DNA of 64,000 nucleotides, taken from NCBI GenBank assembly GCA_963851415.1, contig CAWKPF010000002.1, positions 4,438,239 to 4,502,238 of the forward strand. Reading direction: 5' to 3'. How positions within the stretch are numbered: position 1 is the stretch's first letter; each line of letters opens with the position of its first letter. Positions 62,450-64,000 of this stretch are shown here, in pieces. Source of the stretch: an uncultured Acidobacteriota bacterium (GTDB lineage Bacteria; Acidobacteriota; Thermoanaerobaculia; Multivoradales; Multivoraceae). The notes beneath the pieces are model-generated. The model was not told where the DNA came from, did no database searches, and saw only the letters and a program-made list of their open reading frames with translations. A program made the translations under genes and the position numbers.

Positions 62450-64000
62450 TCAGCGTGGCAGCTCGACAATCTCGTCACTTCCTTCGGTGATCCGGATCTC
62501 TCGATCGACGGCGACGCTCGAGACCTCCTGAATCTCTCCCGAGGGCCAGCGGATCTCTAGATCGACCGTGGTGAGATCACCGGTCCCGAGCTCGATGGGC
62601 AGAGAGCTCATGGCCAGGTAGCCTTCGCCCCCGTTGACCATGCGCCAGGCATAGAAGTCACCCGCGCCGCGGGCGATCACGACGGCTCCGATCGCGTCTC
62701 GATTGGAGCCCTTCTCCGGATCGCCGAGGAGGCTGACCGTGAGCCAGTGTCCCTTCCCGGAGCTGTCGTTGCGGAAGAGACGGGCGTTGGAGTGAAAGGT
62801 GGTCACGACGGCATCGAGGTCGCCGTCGCGATCGTAGTCGAGCAGCGCGAGGCTTCGAGAGTTCTCCTCGGGGAGTTCGGCGCCGCTTCGCATCAGCGCG
62901 GAGGGAAAGCTCGTTCCCTGGTTCTCGAAGTAGAGGTTTGCGTCGCGTCCGTTGTTGATCGCGTACAGCCGAGCCGAATCGACGGGATGCTTGCGGTACT
63001 GGGCGAAGGTGAAGTAGTCGGTGAAACCGTTGAGCACCAGCAGATCGGAGTCGCCGTCGTTGTCACGATCGAAGAACAGTGCGCCCCAGGACCAGCCGCT
63101 GTCGTGCTCGAGCAGGGGCGGCTCCTCCCCGCGGACGTAGGCGGGGCCGTTCTCGGTGAGGGTCGACAGCAACACCGAGTTGGTCTCGTTGACGCTGTCG
63201 GAGCTGCTGGCATAGAACCAGATGTTGGTCACGAAGATGTCGGGATAGGTGTCCCGATTGAGGTCGGCGAACGAGACGTTCATGCCGTGATGAGGATCGT
63301 CGCTGCCGGTGGTCGCCCCCGCTGCGGTGAACGTTCCGTCGCGGTTGTTGACCATCAGACTGTTGCGGCCGAAGTCGTTGGCCACGTAGAGATCCTGATC
63401 GCCGTCGTTGTCGTAGTCGAAGTGGGAGAGCGCCTGCGCCCATCCCGTGTCCTCCACTCCCGAATCGACCGAGACGTCTTCGAACCGCAGGCCGCCGGCT
63501 CCGTCCCGGCTGGAGACGTTTCGGTAGAGGCGGTTCTTCATGGCGTTCTTCGAGTCGGTCGCGACCCAGGCCGAGGCGCCTTCCAGATAGTTGCCGAAGT
63601 TTCCGACATAGAGGTCCAGCAGGGCGTCACCGTCGTAGTCGAAGGCCACTGCGGGTCCACTGACGTCTCCCTCCTGGAAGAGGCCGCTCGACTCGGTCAC
63701 GTCCTCGAAACGCAGGGCCGTCCCCTCGCTCACGTTGCGAAACAGGCGGTTGCTGTCCCGGGCGTAGGTGACGAACAGGTCCCGCCGACCGTCGTTGTCG
63801 AAATCTGCCACGACGGGCATGCGAGCCTCCGCGTCGTGAGAGATCCCGCTCGCCTCGGTCACGTCTTCGAGAGTGCCGTCCCCGCGGTTGCGGAACAGGT
63901 GACAGCCGTCGCCTCCACACACCACGAGGTCGGGCCAGTGATCGTTGTCGATGTCGACCGCCGCGACTCCGCCCCCACTGAAGGTAGGCGCGACGATTCC
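62450..64000 (-). CDS. Second FG-GAP/VCBS + ASPIC/UnbV (CRTAC1-like) protein. Partial: the N-terminus lies beyond the window end.
   Basis: The open frame continues upstream of the annotated GTG to the window edge (…IDNDHWPDLVVCGGDG). FG-GAP-like motifs (ADFDNDGRRDLFV, FDYDGDALLDLYV, FDYDNDGDQDLYV, FDRDNDGDSDLLV, LDYDRDGDLDAVV). UnbV/ASPIC-like C-terminus (RDAIGAVV...GGEGYLAMSSLPIELG). Confidence 0.8.
   Translation of the reverse strand, partial: GIVAPTFSGGGVAAVDIDNDHWPDLVVCGGDGCHLFRNRGDGTLEDVTEASGISHDAEARMPVVADFDNDGRRDLFVTYARDSNRLFRNVSEGTALRFEDVTESSGLFQEGDVSGPAVAFDYDGDALLDLYVGNFGNYLEGASAWVATDSKNAMKNRLYRNVSSRDGAGGLRFEDVSVDSGVEDTGWAQALSHFDYDNDGDQDLYVANDFGRNSLMVNNRDGTFTAAGATTGSDDPHHGMNVSFADLNRDTYPDIFVTNIWFYASSSDSVNETNSVLLSTLTENGPAYVRGEEPPLLEHDSGWSWGALFFDRDNDGDSDLLVLNGFTDYFTFAQYRKHPVDSARLYAINNGRDANLYFENQGTSFPSALMRSGAELPEENSRSLALLDYDRDGDLDAVVTTFHSNARLFRNDSSGKGHWLTVSLLGDPEKGSNRDAIGAVVIARGAGDFYAWRMVNGGEGYLAMSSLPIELGTGDLTTVDLEIRWPSGEIQEVSSVAVDREIRITEGSDEIVELPR

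Overview
This is a high-GC (about 68-70%), gene-dense window from a bacterial chromosome; ribosome-binding sites look conventionally bacterial. The gene content (TonB-dependent receptors with an N-terminal carboxypeptidase-regulatory-like domain, TIGR03436-like secreted VWA proteins, TPR/FG-GAP/UnbV giant proteins, many secreted TPR fusion enzymes) suggests an Acidobacteriota- or Gemmatimonadota-like organism; that is an inference, not a measurement. I found no rRNA, tRNA, CRISPR array, transposase or integrase. Three blocks stand out. (1) 1-9605, minus strand: a partial sulfatase-fold/TPR gene, then a CarbopepD_reg/TPR protein, then two tandem, highly similar TonB-dependent receptor-like genes. 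Each receptor gene has its own intrinsic terminator and a very long 5-prime leader. (2) 10241-20308: a transglutaminase-like/TPR lipoprotein, then three paralogous secreted VWA proteins, then a divergent promoter carrying a 16-bp tandem repeat array, then a second sulfatase-fold/TPR paralog. In both sulfatase-fold proteins the formylglycine motif C-x-P-x-R is replaced by T-L-P-S-H. (3) 34328-53474: a glycogen/alpha-glucan cluster (glgA, glgC, GH13, glgP, malQ, glgX) in which glgA and glgC are separated by a block of non-glycogen genes: three paralogous ~405-aa ATP-grasp ligases, a fourth divergent ATP-grasp-like protein, two esterases and a peptidase-S51 (cyanophycinase/PepE-like) gene, arranged as two operons plus a divergent gene. 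This inserted ligase/peptidase/esterase block is my main candidate for an undescribed system, possibly a peptide or amino-acid-modified storage-compound cycle; I report it as a hypothesis. The remainder is housekeeping or secreted-enzyme genes: ACAD, PepSY-TM, a DUF885-like HExxH protein with 14-bp tandem repeats in its leader, PPOX-like, arfB, class IV aminotransferase, M1 aminopeptidase, a HadAB-like hotdog pair, GGDEF, L,D-transpeptidase, sortilin/BNR protein, cupin, and two CRTAC1-like giant proteins. Many long antisense ORFs in the six-frame track are artefacts of the GC-rich sequence.
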